Positions 18,198 to 30,000 are shown, numbered from the stretch's first letter. The stretch is DNA of 64,000 nucleotides from an uncultured Alphaproteobacteria bacterium (GCA_944391615.1 CALXUE010000001.1:134550-198549); one strand, 5' to 3'. Notes: a model not told the origin generated them from the letters alone. Translations and numbers: made by a program.

Positions 18198-19520
18198 TTA
18201 TGATTTATCAGACAAAGGCGTTGACTGAATAACGCCTTTTTTGTTGAGTATCCACAACAACGCCAACCCCGGAACAACCATAAGAGAGGTTAAAACAAAG
18301 AACCAATCCCAACCAACGGCTTCCGCCATATAGCCGGAAGTTGCCGCCACCAAATCCCTTGGCAAACTCATCAAGGAGGACAAAAGCGCATATTGCGTTG
18401 CGGTATAAGCGACCGAACACAAAGAAGAAAGATAAGCTACAAAAGCAGCCACACTCATCCCGCCTGAAATATTATCAAGAGAAATACAAGAAATCAGCAT
18501 AAAGATATTATGCCCGCTCCAAGCCTGCAAAACAAATACCAAAGTAGTTAAACCTTGCAAAATTCCGCAAATCCACAAAGATTTATAGAGGCCCCAGCGA
18601 CTGACGACGATTCCGCCGACAATTCCGCCCAAAATAGTCGCGCCCATACCAAATATTTTGGAAACAGAAGCAATTTCCGTCAAAGAAAAACCCATTTCAT
18701 AATAAAACACATTCGCCATCGGCCCCATATAAGCATCACTCATTTTATAAAAGAACACAAACCATAAAATGATGAGCCAGTGAGGCCGCTTGATAAAATC
18801 AACAAAAGGAGCAACGACAGCATTTACAAAAAAACGTTTAATCCGTTCAACATAAGTTCCACGTGCAGGCTCAGTGTTTATACACAAAATTTTATCACAA
18901 TCTGGTTCATGAGCCAAAAGCGTTGTAACCATTCCAACAACGGCTCCCAAAGCCATAATCAAATAGACTTCGCGCCACGAAAGAACAGAGGCCAAAATCA
19001 AAGCCAACGCCCCCGAAAACAAAATTCCCAACCGATATCCCAACACAAAAATTGCCGCAGCCGCACCTTGTTCATCTGTTGAAAAAGATTCGATTCGATA
19101 GGCGTCCACGACAATATCTTGAGAGGCAGAAGCAATCACCACCAGCAATGCAGCCATAGCTAAAGTAAACGTTTGCGTTTTAGCATCAAGCAAAGCCATC
19201 CAAACAATTGCGGCCATCAGCACAATTTGGCAAAAAAAAGCCCACCCGCGCCGCCGGCCGAGTTTACCCAAAAGCGGCAGCCGCACATGGTCAATAATGG
19301 GCGACCATAACCACTTAAAGCTATAAGGCATTTTCACCAAAGAAAAAATCCCGATGGAAGCCAAAGCCACTTCAGCCGACCCCAGCCATAAGCTGAGCGT
19401 ACCGCTGACGAGCATCAAAGGAAACCCGCTGGAAAAACCCAACCCGACCATAACCAGCATACGCTTGTCGGCATAAATTTTCAAAGCATCAAAAAGGCGC
19501 ATTTTTAATCCTAAATCCAA
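18198..19520 (-). CDS. ampG: AmpG-family MFS permease (muropeptide transporter)
   Basis: 440 aa with about 12 TM segments; AmpG-like N-terminus. Confidence 0.6.
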   Translation of the reverse strand: MDLGLKMRLFDALKIYADKRMLVMVGLGFSSGFPLMLVSGTLSLWLGSAEVALASIGIFSLVKMPYSFKWLWSPIIDHVRLPLLGKLGRRRGWAFFCQIVLMAAIVWMALLDAKTQTFTLAMAALLVVIASASQDIVVDAYRIESFSTDEQGAAAAIFVLGYRLGILFSGALALILASVLSWREVYLIMALGAVVGMVTTLLAHEPDCDKILCINTEPARGTYVERIKRFFVNAVVAPFVDFIKRPHWLIILWFVFFYKMSDAYMGPMANVFYYEMGFSLTEIASVSKIFGMGATILGGIVGGIVVSRWGLYKSLWICGILQGLTTLVFVLQAWSGHNIFMLISCISLDNISGGMSVAAFVAYLSSLCSVAYTATQYALLSSLMSLPRDLVAATSGYMAEAVGWDWFFVLTSLMVVPGLALLWILNKKGVIQSTPLSDKS

Positions 19521-19621
19521 TCATTCAAAAATTGGGGATAGTATAGAACATTCACCTTAACAAAAGCTAAAAAATAATTTTTAATAACCCCGAATTTAGC
19601 ATTTACAAAATATTTACATAT

Positions 19622-19668
19622 ACAATATATTGTGCATAAAGAATTGTGACAATACTTTATATAGTTAT
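19622..19668. promoter_or_regulatory. Candidate NrdR operator (one strong palindrome, one weaker) upstream of nrdA
   Basis: acaatatattgt is a perfect 12-bp palindrome at 19622-19633; a second related site acaatactttatatagtt sits about 30 bp downstream. NrdR-box consensus recalled as acaCwAtATaTwGtgt. Confidence 0.35.
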
Positions 19669-19679
19669 TTAAGGAACTT

Positions 19680-21974
19680 ATGATGCAAATACAAAAAGTT
19701 ATCAAACACAACGGCGAGAGCCAAAACTTTGCCCCCCACAAACTCCTTCAAACACTCCAAAGAGCAGCCCAAGGATTCTCTGTTGACCTCAACAAAATCA
19801 TCAACCAACTCTCCGACATCGGCAGTGAAGAAATCACCACCACCCGCCTGCAACAAGAAATAACCATGATGGCCTTAAACCTAACATCTGTCGAAGAACC
19901 CGAATGGAAAAACATCGCCGGCCGCCTCAAACTTTTTGAGCTTTACAAAAGAACCATGCGTTTAAGAAACAAAAACCATCAACCGATTCAAAATCTGTAT
20001 GATTATGAATCCACTTTGAATTACGCCGTAGAAAATCACGTCTACACGACCGACATTTTCAATCACTATACCAAAGAAGAGCTTAAAGAAGCCAGCACTT
20101 TTATCAACCCCCAATATGACCTGATTTATGATTATGCCGGCATCAACTTATTGATAAAAAGATACCTATGTGAATACCACGATTCGATAGTTGAATTGCC
20201 GCAAGAAATGTTTTTAACCATCGCGTTATTACTGGAAGAAAATGAACCCAAAGAAAAAAGACTTGCTCAGGTAAAAGACACTTACCAAAAATTAGCTGAC
20301 CGCAAGATATCTTTAGGCACACCGTTATTAATGAACCTGCGTCGCCCGAACGGCAATTTAAGTTCATGCTTTATCACGGTGATGGACGACAATCGCGATT
20401 CCATTTTCTATGTAATCGACCAAATATCCGCCATATCAAAATTCGGTGGCGGCGTCGGTGTTAATATTTCCAGAGTACGTTGCAAAGGCGCAAGAATCAA
20501 AGGTGTAAAAAATGCATCTGGCGGCGTCATACCATGGATTCGTATTATTAATGACACAGCCGTCGCCGTCAACCAACAAGGTAAAAGAAAAGGTGCCGTA
20601 ACCGTATCTCTGGATATGTGGCACCGTGACATTGAAGACTTCATGGAACTCCGCACCGAAAACGGCGACCAAAGAATGAAAGCTTATGACATCTTCCCTC
20701 AAGTTGTTATTCCGGATCTGTTTATGAAAAAAGTCGAAAAAAACGAAAAATGGCTTTTGGTGGACCCACATGAGATAAGAGAAAAATATGGTGTTGAAAT
20801 CGCCAACCTCTGGGGTGAAGAATTCGAAAAATTATACAATCAACTATATCTGGATGCTGAGTTTGGCAAACTTGAAATGGCCAAGTTTTATCCAGCCAAA
20901 GAACTTCTGAAAAAGCTCATGAAGTCACAAATCGAAACCGGCATGCCTTATATTGCATTCAAAGATACCTTAAACCGCTATAACCCCAACAAGCACGACG
21001 GCATTATTGTCGGCACAAATTTATGCACGGAATCTCACAGCAATGTCCGCCCGAGCGCGTTTGAAGAAAAGGAAATCTCTTCAGATGGAACAATTGTTCA
21101 AAAAGTTCACGATGGCTTAGTTCATGTCTGCAATTTGGTTTCCATCAATCTGGCATTTATTGAAAGCGATGAGGAGTTGGAGTCGGTATGTCACACCAGC
21201 GTCCGCATATTAGATAATGCCATAGACTTAACCCGAGTTCCCATTCCGGAAGGCACATTACACAACCAACGCTACCGCACCATCGGTATAGGAGCCATGG
21301 GCTTGGCCGATTATTTAGCCAAGAAGTCGATTCCCTACATCAAATCAGCCGAATTTGTTGATGAATTGTTTGAAAAAATCGCATTATATAACATTTCCGC
21401 CAGCATAGACATTGCCCGCCGTAAGGGAACATTTGGCGCATATAAAGGCTCAGATTGGGATAAAGGACTTATATTAGGCCATAACCAAGATTGGTTTAAT
21501 AAAAACGCCCATTTCCCGCAAAAATGGTCGGTTGTATTTGAAAACTTAAAACAATACGGCATCCGCAATTCGCAGTTATCAGCCATTGCCCCCAACACAA
21601 GTTCGTCCTTAATTCAGGGCTGTTCAGCTTCTGTTTTACCGATATACAGCAAGTTTTTCATTGAGACGCACGGCAAAGGCAGTGTTCCGAATTGCCCACC
21701 GTTTATCAAAGAAAAATTCTGGTTTTATCAAGAAAACCGCAACATCTCACAACAAATTATTATTGATATCATGTCCCATATTAACAAATGGATTGATACC
21801 GGTATTTCCATAGAGCTGATGTATAACCTAAATCGCAACATCAAAGCGGTTGATGTCTATAACACGATTATGGACGCCTGGAAAAAAGACATCAAAACCT
21901 TATACTACACCCGTACCATTCAAAGGGACGGCTCATCAGCGGACAAAGAAGAATGTGTCAGCTGTGCCGGATAA
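19680..21974 (+). CDS. nrdA: Ribonucleoside-diphosphate reductase alpha subunit (class I, with ATP-cone)
   Basis: N-terminal ATP-cone VIKHNGESQNF; 764 aa; followed by the beta subunit. Confidence 0.85.
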   Translation: MMQIQKVIKHNGESQNFAPHKLLQTLQRAAQGFSVDLNKIINQLSDIGSEEITTTRLQQEITMMALNLTSVEEPEWKNIAGRLKLFELYKRTMRLRNKNHQPIQNLYDYESTLNYAVENHVYTTDIFNHYTKEELKEASTFINPQYDLIYDYAGINLLIKRYLCEYHDSIVELPQEMFLTIALLLEENEPKEKRLAQVKDTYQKLADRKISLGTPLLMNLRRPNGNLSSCFITVMDDNRDSIFYVIDQISAISKFGGGVGVNISRVRCKGARIKGVKNASGGVIPWIRIINDTAVAVNQQGKRKGAVTVSLDMWHRDIEDFMELRTENGDQRMKAYDIFPQVVIPDLFMKKVEKNEKWLLVDPHEIREKYGVEIANLWGEEFEKLYNQLYLDAEFGKLEMAKFYPAKELLKKLMKSQIETGMPYIAFKDTLNRYNPNKHDGIIVGTNLCTESHSNVRPSAFEEKEISSDGTIVQKVHDGLVHVCNLVSINLAFIESDEELESVCHTSVRILDNAIDLTRVPIPEGTLHNQRYRTIGIGAMGLADYLAKKSIPYIKSAEFVDELFEKIALYNISASIDIARRKGTFGAYKGSDWDKGLILGHNQDWFNKNAHFPQKWSVVFENLKQYGIRNSQLSAIAPNTSSSLIQGCSASVLPIYSKFFIETHGKGSVPNCPPFIKEKFWFYQENRNISQQIIIDIMSHINKWIDTGISIELMYNLNRNIKAVDVYNTIMDAWKKDIKTLYYTRTIQRDGSSADKEECVSCAG

Positions 21975-22003
21975 AGAGCAATAAAGACAAGGAGAACATA
22001 AAG

Positions 22004-23038
22004 ATGCAAAGAAAAATTTTGTTTAATGTAACGGGTGATGATAGCTTAACCAACCGCAAAATGATAAGAGGCAATGTCACCAACTTGTTTAACCTAAACA
22101 ATGTCAAATACCAGTGGGCAAACAAGCTCTATCGTTTAATGATGGAAAATTTCTGGATTCCCGAAAAAGTTTCATTATTTGATGACAAACGCGCTTATGC
22201 GGAACTAACACCGGACGAACAAAAAGCCTATGACGGCATCTTGTCATTTTTGGTCTTTTTGGACAGCATCCAAACCAACAACCTTCCGAACATAAACGAA
22301 TACATCACCGCACCGGAAGTCAATTTGGTCTTATCCATCCAAACATATCAAGAAGCCGTCCACTCCCAAAGTTACGCCTATATTATTGAAAGTATCATAC
22401 CGGTAGAAAAACGCGCTGAAATTTATGACAAATGGCGGACAGATAAAGTTTTGCTTGAGCGCAACAAATATATAGCGGAGATATATCAAAACTTCATCGA
22501 CAATCAAACCGACAAAAACTTTGCCCGCGTTCTGATAGCCAATTACCTTCTGGAAGGTGTTTATTTTTACAACGGCTTTAACTTTTTCTACAATTTAGCC
22601 GCGCGCAGCTTGATGATAGGCACGGCAGATGAAATCAAATACATCAACCGAGATGAGCTGACTCATTGTGTTTTGTTTGCCAACATCATCAAAGAAATCA
22701 TGGCCGAAGATGACACCTTTTTCAGCATAGATGAAATAAATCAAATGTTTGAAAAGGCCGTTGAACAAGAAATTCATTGGAGCAACCACATCATCGGCAA
22801 CAACGTCAGCGGCATAAGCGAGAGCAGCATAGAACAATACACCAAGTTCATCGCCAACAAACGCTTAAAAGACATTGGTTTACCAAAATTATACGAGGGC
22901 TTTGAAAAAAATCCTTATCAGCAGCTCGAAAACATAGCAGACACGAATGGTGCCGGCAGCGTCAAAGGCAACTTTTTTGAGGCCAACGTGTCATCATACA
23001 ACCAAAGTTCTGCTATTGAAGGTTGGGACGAAATTTAA
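22004..23038 (+). CDS. nrdB: Ribonucleoside-diphosphate reductase beta subunit
   Basis: Start at MQRKIL with RBS aaggag. The di-iron/tyrosyl-radical family is supported by the conserved ELTHC... region. Confidence 0.8.
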   Translation: MQRKILFNVTGDDSLTNRKMIRGNVTNLFNLNNVKYQWANKLYRLMMENFWIPEKVSLFDDKRAYAELTPDEQKAYDGILSFLVFLDSIQTNNLPNINEYITAPEVNLVLSIQTYQEAVHSQSYAYIIESIIPVEKRAEIYDKWRTDKVLLERNKYIAEIYQNFIDNQTDKNFARVLIANYLLEGVYFYNGFNFFYNLAARSLMIGTADEIKYINRDELTHCVLFANIIKEIMAEDDTFFSIDEINQMFEKAVEQEIHWSNHIIGNNVSGISESSIEQYTKFIANKRLKDIGLPKLYEGFEKNPYQQLENIADTNGAGSVKGNFFEANVSSYNQSSAIEGWDEI

Positions 23039-23051
23039 GTCAGTCATAAGT

Positions 23052-23080
23052 CTTGCAATCTAAAAAAACACACCCTAAAT
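23052..23080 (+). promoter_or_regulatory. Sigma-32 (RpoH)-like heat-shock promoter for hslVU
   Basis: CTTGCAA - 14 nt - CCCTAAAT, compared with the E. coli sigma-32 consensus CTTGAAA-N13-15-CCCCATnT. Confidence 0.35.
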
Positions 23081-23116
23081 AAAAGGGAAAGTAACAAAAG
23101 AAAGGTAAAAGATAAT

Positions 23117-23647
23117 ATGACCACCATACTTTGTGTCCGCAAAGGCCCTGAAGTTGTAATGGCTGGTGACGGCCAAGCCACTTTAGGAGAAGCAATAATC
23201 TTCAAATCAAAATCCATAAAAGTCAGACGCATCGGCAACGGCAGCATCATTGCAGGCTTTGCCGGAGCAGCGGCCGACGGCTTAACCTTGATAGAACGTC
23301 TGGAAGAAAAGCTTGAAAAAAACGCCAACCAACTCAAACGAGCAGCTGTTGAATTAGCTAAAGACTGGCGTATGGATAAATATTTAAGACAACTGCAATC
23401 TGTAATGATTGTTGCCGATAAAGACACATCGCTCGTTATATCCGGCACAGGAGAAGTCATGGAACCGGACGATGGCATCATCGGCATCGGCTCCGGCGGA
23501 AATTATGCCATGGCGGCAGCTAAGGCTCTCGCCGATGTTTCAGGATTAAGCGCGGAAGAAATCGCCCAAAAAGCCATGAAAATCGCCGGAGATATTGATG
23601 TCTATACCAATCACAATGTCATAATCGAAAAAATAGAGAGCAAATAA
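23117..23647 (+). CDS. hslV: ATP-dependent protease subunit HslV
   Basis: N-terminal TTILCVRKG with Thr1 after Met. Confidence 0.9.
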   Translation: MTTILCVRKGPEVVMAGDGQATLGEAIIFKSKSIKVRRIGNGSIIAGFAGAAADGLTLIERLEEKLEKNANQLKRAAVELAKDWRMDKYLRQLQSVMIVADKDTSLVISGTGEVMEPDDGIIGIGSGGNYAMAAAKALADVSGLSAEEIAQKAMKIAGDIDVYTNHNVIIEKIESK

Positions 23648-23650
23648 AAG

Positions 23651-24964
23651 ATGACCGCAAATTTTTCACCAAGAGAAATCGTATCAGAGCTTGACCGCTA
23701 TATTGTCGGCCAAGCCGAAGCCAAAAAAGCCGTAGCCATAGCCTTAAGAAACCGCTGGAGAAGAATGCAACTACCAGATAGATTAAAAGAAGAAATTGTT
23801 CCGAAAAACATCTTGATGGTCGGCCCAACAGGCGTCGGAAAAACCGAAATTTCACGGCGATTGGCTCGCTTGGTCAAAGCTCCGTTCATCAAAGTAGAAG
23901 CAACCAAGTTTACCGAAATTGGCTATGTCGGACGCGACGTTGAATCCATCATCCGCGATTTGGTCGAAGTTGCCATCAATACCACCAAAAAAGAGCAAAG
24001 AAAAGTCGTTCACGTCAAAGCAGAGGCAGCGGCAGAAGAGCGCATTTTAAAAGTTTTGGTAGGCAAAGATTCTGGAGAAGAAACCAAACAAAAATTCAGA
24101 GAGCTATTAAGAAACGGCTCATTGGATGAAAAAGAAATCGAGATTGATATTGTCGATAACAGCAGCAACACAATGCCCACCATAGACATCCCCGGAATGC
24201 CGGGAGCACAAATGGGCATGATAAGCTTGGGTGACCTGCTGGGCAAACCTTTTGGCGACAAATACAAAACCCGCAAATTAAAAATATCCGAAGCCAAGAA
24301 AATCATCACCGATGAAGAAAGCGACAAATTGCTTGATAACGACGCCATTGTAAATATAGCAATAAAATCGGTTGAAAACGACGGCATTGTGTTTATTGAT
24401 GAAATCGACAAGATATGCGGCAAAGATGACCGCCGTGGCGGTGATGTATCAAGAGAAGGCGTGCAAAGAGATTTGCTTCCCTTAATAGAAGGCACAATAG
24501 TCAACACCAAATACGGCGCAGTTAAAACCGACCACATATTGTTTATCTGCTCAGGCGCATTTCACTTGGCCAAACCGTCCGATTTGTTACCGGAACTTCA
24601 AGGCCGTTTGCCAATAAGAGTAGAACTTCAGGCTTTAACCAAAGAAGACTTCATAAACATTTTGAAAGAACCCGAAGCCAACTTGATAGAACAATATGTC
24701 GCTTTGCTGGGTACAGAAAATTTTGAACTTAAATTTGCTGACGATGCTATAGAAAAAATCGCCGACATCGCTGTTCAGATTAACGAAAATGTTGAGAATA
24801 TCGGAGCCAGAAGACTGCACACTGTTTTAGAGATATTGCTTGAAGACATCAACTTCAATGCCTCTGACAGGAGCGGCCAATCCGAAACCATAACCGCACA
24901 AATGGTTGAAGAAAAGCTCAGCAAATACACCAAGAGCATGGACTTATCAAAGTTTATCCTCTAA
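23651..24964 (+). CDS. hslU: ATP-dependent protease ATPase subunit HslU
   Basis: Walker [11 protein letters not shown]; 437 aa. Confidence 0.9.
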   Translation: MTANFSPREIVSELDRYIVGQAEAKKAVAIALRNRWRRMQLPDRLKEEIVPKNILMVGPTGVGKTEISRRLARLVKAPFIKVEATKFTEIGYVGRDVESIIRDLVEVAINTTKKEQRKVVHVKAEAAAEERILKVLVGKDSGEETKQKFRELLRNGSLDEKEIEIDIVDNSSNTMPTIDIPGMPGAQMGMISLGDLLGKPFGDKYKTRKLKISEAKKIITDEESDKLLDNDAIVNIAIKSVENDGIVFIDEIDKICGKDDRRGGDVSREGVQRDLLPLIEGTIVNTKYGAVKTDHILFICSGAFHLAKPSDLLPELQGRLPIRVELQALTKEDFINILKEPEANLIEQYVALLGTENFELKFADDAIEKIADIAVQINENVENIGARRLHTVLEILLEDINFNASDRSGQSETITAQMVEEKLSKYTKSMDLSKFIL

Positions 24965-24966
24965 GT

Positions 24967-26118
24967 ATGATGACAATAAAGACCAACAACATACCAAAGC
25001 CAAGGTCGGATACAAAAACCAATATCCGACCTTTCGGCATATATATACACTGGCCTTATTGCAAGAGCAAATGCCCTTATTGCGACTTTTTTTCATCCGT
25101 CAAAAAAGACATAGAGCAAGAAAAAATCATTTCAGATTATATTGAAGAACTCAAGTTTTACCACCAATATACCACTGATGAAAAAGTCAGCTCCATATTT
25201 TTTGGCGGCGGAACCCCGTCGCTGATAAAACCAGCATTGATAGAAAAACTCATTACCGAAATCACCAAACTCTGGAAAGTCAAAACAGATGTTGAAATAT
25301 CGCTTGAAGCCAATCCCAACACAGATGATGGAACACTGTTTTTAAATCTGAAAACAGCCGGCATAAACCGCCTCTCACTCGGTGTTCAGGCACTAAACGA
25401 CACAGACCTCAAATTTTTGGGGCGTACGCATAACCTGCATCAGGCCCTAACCAGCATAGACCACGTTCTAAACACCTTTGACAATCATTCAATGGATTTA
25501 ATTTATGCCCGCCCCCACCAAAAAGCAAAAGATTGGCAAAAAGAGCTTGAACAAGCAACATCTTTTGGCTTCAAACATTTATCGCTCTACCAGTTAACAA
25601 TAGAAGAAAGCACAGTCTTTGCCAAAAAAGGCATAACACCGTTGGAAGAAGAACAAGCCGTAATCATGTACGAAGACACAGTTTCTTACTTAAAGAGCAA
25701 AGGTTACCCCCGCTATGAAGTTTCAAATTTTGCCACTAAAGAATATGAATGTAAACACAACAAAATTTATTGGCAAGGAGACAATTATTTAGGTATCGGT
25801 ATGGGTGCGCATGGCCGCATACAAACAACAAATAAAAAAATATACGCCACGACCCACCGCTGCCAATTAGAAGAATTAAGCCCCAAAGAACGCGCGGAAG
25901 AACTCCTGTTTATGGGGTTGAGACTTAAAGAAGGCATTAATAAAACACTGTATTTAAATCGCTGTGGAATAGAATTGGAACAATATATCAACACCACCGC
26001 CAAACAAGAGATGATAAACTTAAAATTACTCAAAGAAACAAACTCACATTTGCGTTTAACACCTCAAGGATTTTTAGTTATGAACAAGGTCATAGAAGAG
26101 CTCATTCCTCAAGACTAA
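24967..26118 (+). CDS. hemW: Radical-SAM heme chaperone HemW (HemN-like, oxygen-independent coproporphyrinogen oxidase family)
   Basis: CxxxCxYC motif (YCKSKCPYCDF). Confidence 0.8.
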   Translation: MMTIKTNNIPKPRSDTKTNIRPFGIYIHWPYCKSKCPYCDFFSSVKKDIEQEKIISDYIEELKFYHQYTTDEKVSSIFFGGGTPSLIKPALIEKLITEITKLWKVKTDVEISLEANPNTDDGTLFLNLKTAGINRLSLGVQALNDTDLKFLGRTHNLHQALTSIDHVLNTFDNHSMDLIYARPHQKAKDWQKELEQATSFGFKHLSLYQLTIEESTVFAKKGITPLEEEQAVIMYEDTVSYLKSKGYPRYEVSNFATKEYECKHNKIYWQGDNYLGIGMGAHGRIQTTNKKIYATTHRCQLEELSPKERAEELLFMGLRLKEGINKTLYLNRCGIELEQYINTTAKQEMINLKLLKETNSHLRLTPQGFLVMNKVIEELIPQD

Positions 26119-26413
26119 AATACCCCACGGCATCAGCAATTTTTTGCAAATCCGCCACCGACACATCAGCTTTTTGTTCAAGCATTTTTTCCAAAACCGA
26201 TAGTTCAATTTGTGTACGCTCGCTCACCTCAGATAAAGACACATTTTTTGCTTTAAGCATTTGAGCCACTTTGGCGCGCAATTGCTTTTGCAAACAAGAC
26301 ACAACAAAAGCTTCATTATCATCATCTGATGATAAATTTGAATTATTTTTAAAATTCTGAGAAAAAAGCTCTACCATAAACAATCCTCCAAAAACAAATC
26401 TGTGCACACACAC
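26102..26413 (-). CDS. Small XRE-family helix-turn-helix transcriptional regulator; start uncertain
   Basis: HTH_3-like LRAKVAQMLKAKNVSLSEVSERTQIELSVLEKM. The 3' end overlaps the hemW 3' end convergently. Confidence 0.4.
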   Translation of the reverse strand: MCVHRFVFGGLFMVELFSQNFKNNSNLSSDDDNEAFVVSCLQKQLRAKVAQMLKAKNVSLSEVSERTQIELSVLEKMLEQKADVSVADLQKIADAVGYFSLEE

Positions 26414-26580
26414 AAAACAACAGAGCGGAGGGAAAAAGGCACGTCCTCAAAGTCCGGTTCCAATCTCCACAAACTGGAAATAATAAAAAAACTACATCTA
26501 ATCTAATAAACGAACTAATACACCAATTTAATATAATAAATAAATAATCGCCCAAAACCCAAAAACAAGACTTCATACAA

Positions 26581-26612
26581 AAGAAAAAAAAGAGAGCCCG
26601 ACAAAGGCTCCC
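26581..26612 (-). terminator. Weak intrinsic terminator after trxA
   Basis: 5-bp GC stem gagcc / ggctc followed by T-rich tract on the minus strand. Confidence 0.35.
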
Positions 26613-26632
26613 TGCAAAACAAAAAGCGACAA

Positions 26633-26947
26633 TTAAAGATTAGCTTCAATCCAAGCCACCATAGAAGACTTAGGATTCAAACCTACTTTAACATCAATTT
26701 GCTTGCCATCTTTGTATAAAAAGATAGAAGGAATACTTCTGATACCGAGTTCAGCGGCTTTGTCAGGACATTCATCAACATTAATTTTGCAAATTTTAAC
26801 TTTGTCACCCATTTCTTTAGAAATTTCTTCCAAAATAGGGAGCATTTGGCGGCAAGGACCACACCATTCAGCCCAAAAGTCAACCAAAACCAAGCCTTTG
26901 GCATCCAAAACTTCACTTTTGAACTCACTGTCATTAATAGCTTTCAT
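26633..26947 (-). CDS. trxA: Thioredoxin
   Basis: WCGPC active site; 104 aa. Confidence 0.9.
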   Translation of the reverse strand: MKAINDSEFKSEVLDAKGLVLVDFWAEWCGPCRQMLPILEEISKEMGDKVKICKINVDECPDKAAELGIRSIPSIFLYKDGKQIDVKVGLNPKSSMVAWIEANL

Positions 26948-27028
26948 AATAAAACCCCTTTCTAATCAAATAAGCTAAATATAATATAGTCAATAAAAAG
27001 CAAGAATAAAAGTCTTTTCTTACAAGAA

Positions 27029-30000
27029 TCAAAAAATAGGCATAAGTTTTGCGGTATCGGTCCACAAAATAAAGGCTTTAATAACTTTATCAGGATAAAT
27101 TTTAGCGCATAGCTGTTGATAAGCTCTGAGCTGTTTCAAATAAGCCAGCGGCACATCGGAGAGCTTTTGTGCGGCGGGACGGTTTGTTTTGAAATCAATA
27201 ATCAAAACTTCATTTTCACACACCACCAAGCGGTCGATTTGTCCGGCAATAATTTTGCCGTCAACTTCACCCATCAATGGAACCTCAGCTTTGGAATTTG
27301 CACCAAACACCTTGGCAAAAGATTCGTTTTTAAGCAAAAGAGAAACCTCTTCCACAATGCGTTGTTTTTCCTTATCAGAAAAATCGGGAGCATTTTTATC
27401 CAAAAAGTTCAAAATAATCGCAGACAAATCATGCGTATGCACATCGGGCAAAAACTGTAAAAGCTTGTGAATAACACGCCCACGGTAATATCGCCGCTCA
27501 CTCACTTTTTCAATCGGGGAAAGCAAAGCTGGTTCTTCCTCTTCTTCATCTATTTTAGAAGGAGCATATGGCTTTTGCAAAGGACTTTCAGAAACAGGAC
27601 ACACTTTCATCCACGCTTCCATTTTTACAGGAATGTTATTTACACTGTTATTTTCAGGCTGTTTATCACTTTCAACTTTGCGCATTTGCGGCGTGTTGAG
27701 AATCAAACATCCCGCATCATCGGGCGTCAAAACATCTTGCAAATTGCGCTGACAAATATCATACCAGGCATCACTTTTAACCGCGCTTTTCCCTTTATAT
27801 CCGCAAATACAAAGCCTGTCCTCAGCACGGGTCAAAGCGACATAAAGCAACCTTCTGTATTCTTGCAAAGCTTTCTGATTGGCTTTTTCATTGATACGGG
27901 TACAAACATCGTCATAATCACTTGAAGAAAGCGGGAAAAACATCATCTCATCCCAAAGCATAGCGGCCTCTTTTTTCTCTTTAGGCACACGCACGCTATC
28001 CGGCAAAACCACAATCGGGGCTTGCAAGCCTTTTGAACCATGAACAGTCATAATACGCACGGCATTAATCGTACCTTGCTCTTGTTCACGCTTAATTTCC
28101 ACTTCATCAGAGGCCACCCAGTCAATAAAGAGCTGCAAACTCGGAATATGATCTTGTTCAAAGGCAATTGTTAGATTAACAAATTCATCCAACCCATCGC
28201 AAACTTCTTCACCCATACGCTCCACAAATTTTTTCCGCCCCTCCATTGTGTTCAAAATATACGAATACAATTCAAAGGGGCGCACAAAATCCGCCATATT
28301 AAGCAAATTTTGCAACGCTTGATAAACTTGTTCGTAAGCAGGCTCATCACCCAATCTGGTCCAAAGAGAGGCTTGCCCGCGCCCAATACAAAGTTTCATC
28401 AAATCATCATCATCCAGTCCCCAAAGCGGTGATTTCAAAATTTCCGCAAGGGTCAAATCATCGGTAGGCAGGAGCAAAAACTTTCCAACGGCAATTAAAT
28501 CTTTAACCGCCATCTGTTCCAAGAGTTTAATTTTATCAACACCGGCAATTTCAACGCCCTCACTCTTGCAGGCTCTGACCAATTCTTCCACAAAAGCATT
28601 TCGCCGTTGCACCAAAACCAAAAAATCAGAATACTGAACAGGCCGCCCGCGGGAAGGCAAAATTTCATGGTTAACCACCATAGACCTAATTTTGCGAGCA
28701 ATATTCTGAGCCAAACGAGAACTTGTAGATTGAGACGGAATTTTCTCCACCGGCGGCCGCCATTCATCTTTGTTTTCATCAGCTTTAGGCTCGATTAGCG
28801 GCCAAATTTCAACCTTTCCGGCTTCTCCCATACGAAATGGCAAATGAGCCACTTTCTGATTCTCAAGCACCACACCGTCTTTGGCTTGAGCATCTTCAAA
28901 TACTTTGTTAACACTATCCAAAACCGCCGACACAGAGCGGAAAGACACATCCAGATGCACTTCTTCAAAATTTTCATCTGCTGATTTGAAGTATTGCCGC
29001 ATTCTTTCAAATTCTTCAGGATCCGCCCCCTGAAAACTATAAATAGATTGCTTTCTGTCTCCAACCACAAACACCGTTCGCACAACATCATCAGCCCCGA
29101 TTCCCGCAAAAAATTCTTCGGTTAAGGCTTTAACGATTGCCCACTGGTCAGGAGATGTATCTTGCGCTTCATCAATCAACACGGCGTCAATTCCGCCATC
29201 AAGTTTATACATCACCCATTGCGCCACATCCTGATTTTCCAACAAATTGCGGGTTAAAACAATCAAGTCTTCATAATCCAGTTTGGAGTGTAAGTTTTTA
29301 TAATGATTATATCCTTTAATAAGCTCAGAGGCCAACATCAAAATAGCCTTTGTAGCCGCAAACAAATGCAAAGCCTTCATTTGCTTTTGAAGTTTCAGCA
29401 CACGTTCGGCTTCTCCGGCCAATTTTTCAAGCAAATCACCACATACCGCAACGGCAGACTTTGTCGCCCCGCGAACAACCGATTCTTTGGTCAAAAACAC
29501 TTCTCGATATTGCGAAAACATTCCTTTTTTATCGACTTTAGCCAACACGTTGGCCAAAGTTTCAGCCCGCGTGACATCAGTTTTAGTCCCCTGAAACAGC
29601 GCATTCATAATTTCTTTAATAAGCGGAACATTAAGTTCCGCCCAAAATTGTGTTTCAAGCTTGTCGGCATCATCGGTAGCCAAAATTCCCAAACGTCCGG
29701 CCAAATCATCAATCAAATCTTCAAAATGAGCATATTTCAAAAATAAGCGGATAATTTTATTTCTGTTTTCGGCAATAGCGGACATCACATCAGGAAATTT
29801 TGCTTCGCTGACATTTTGCGTCAAAAAAGCCAAAGCTTGTCCGGCAGCAGATTCGGGGTTTTGTTCGGCCTGAGCAAGCATTTGCGCCTGAATATCATCC
29901 AAAGCCTCCGCCGCAGTACGATCATCCATAACCGAAAAGTATGGTGATACTTGCGCTTCTAGAGGAAACCTTTTGAGCACATCCTGACAAAAGCTATGAA

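Noticed and set aside
27116-29746. Plus-strand ORFs inside addA (27116-27460, 27467-27925, 29303-29746) and inside addB (30866-31210, 31406-31921, 32418-32917)
   Set aside because: They are embedded antisense in long, well-supported helicase/nuclease genes and are typical spurious ORFs.
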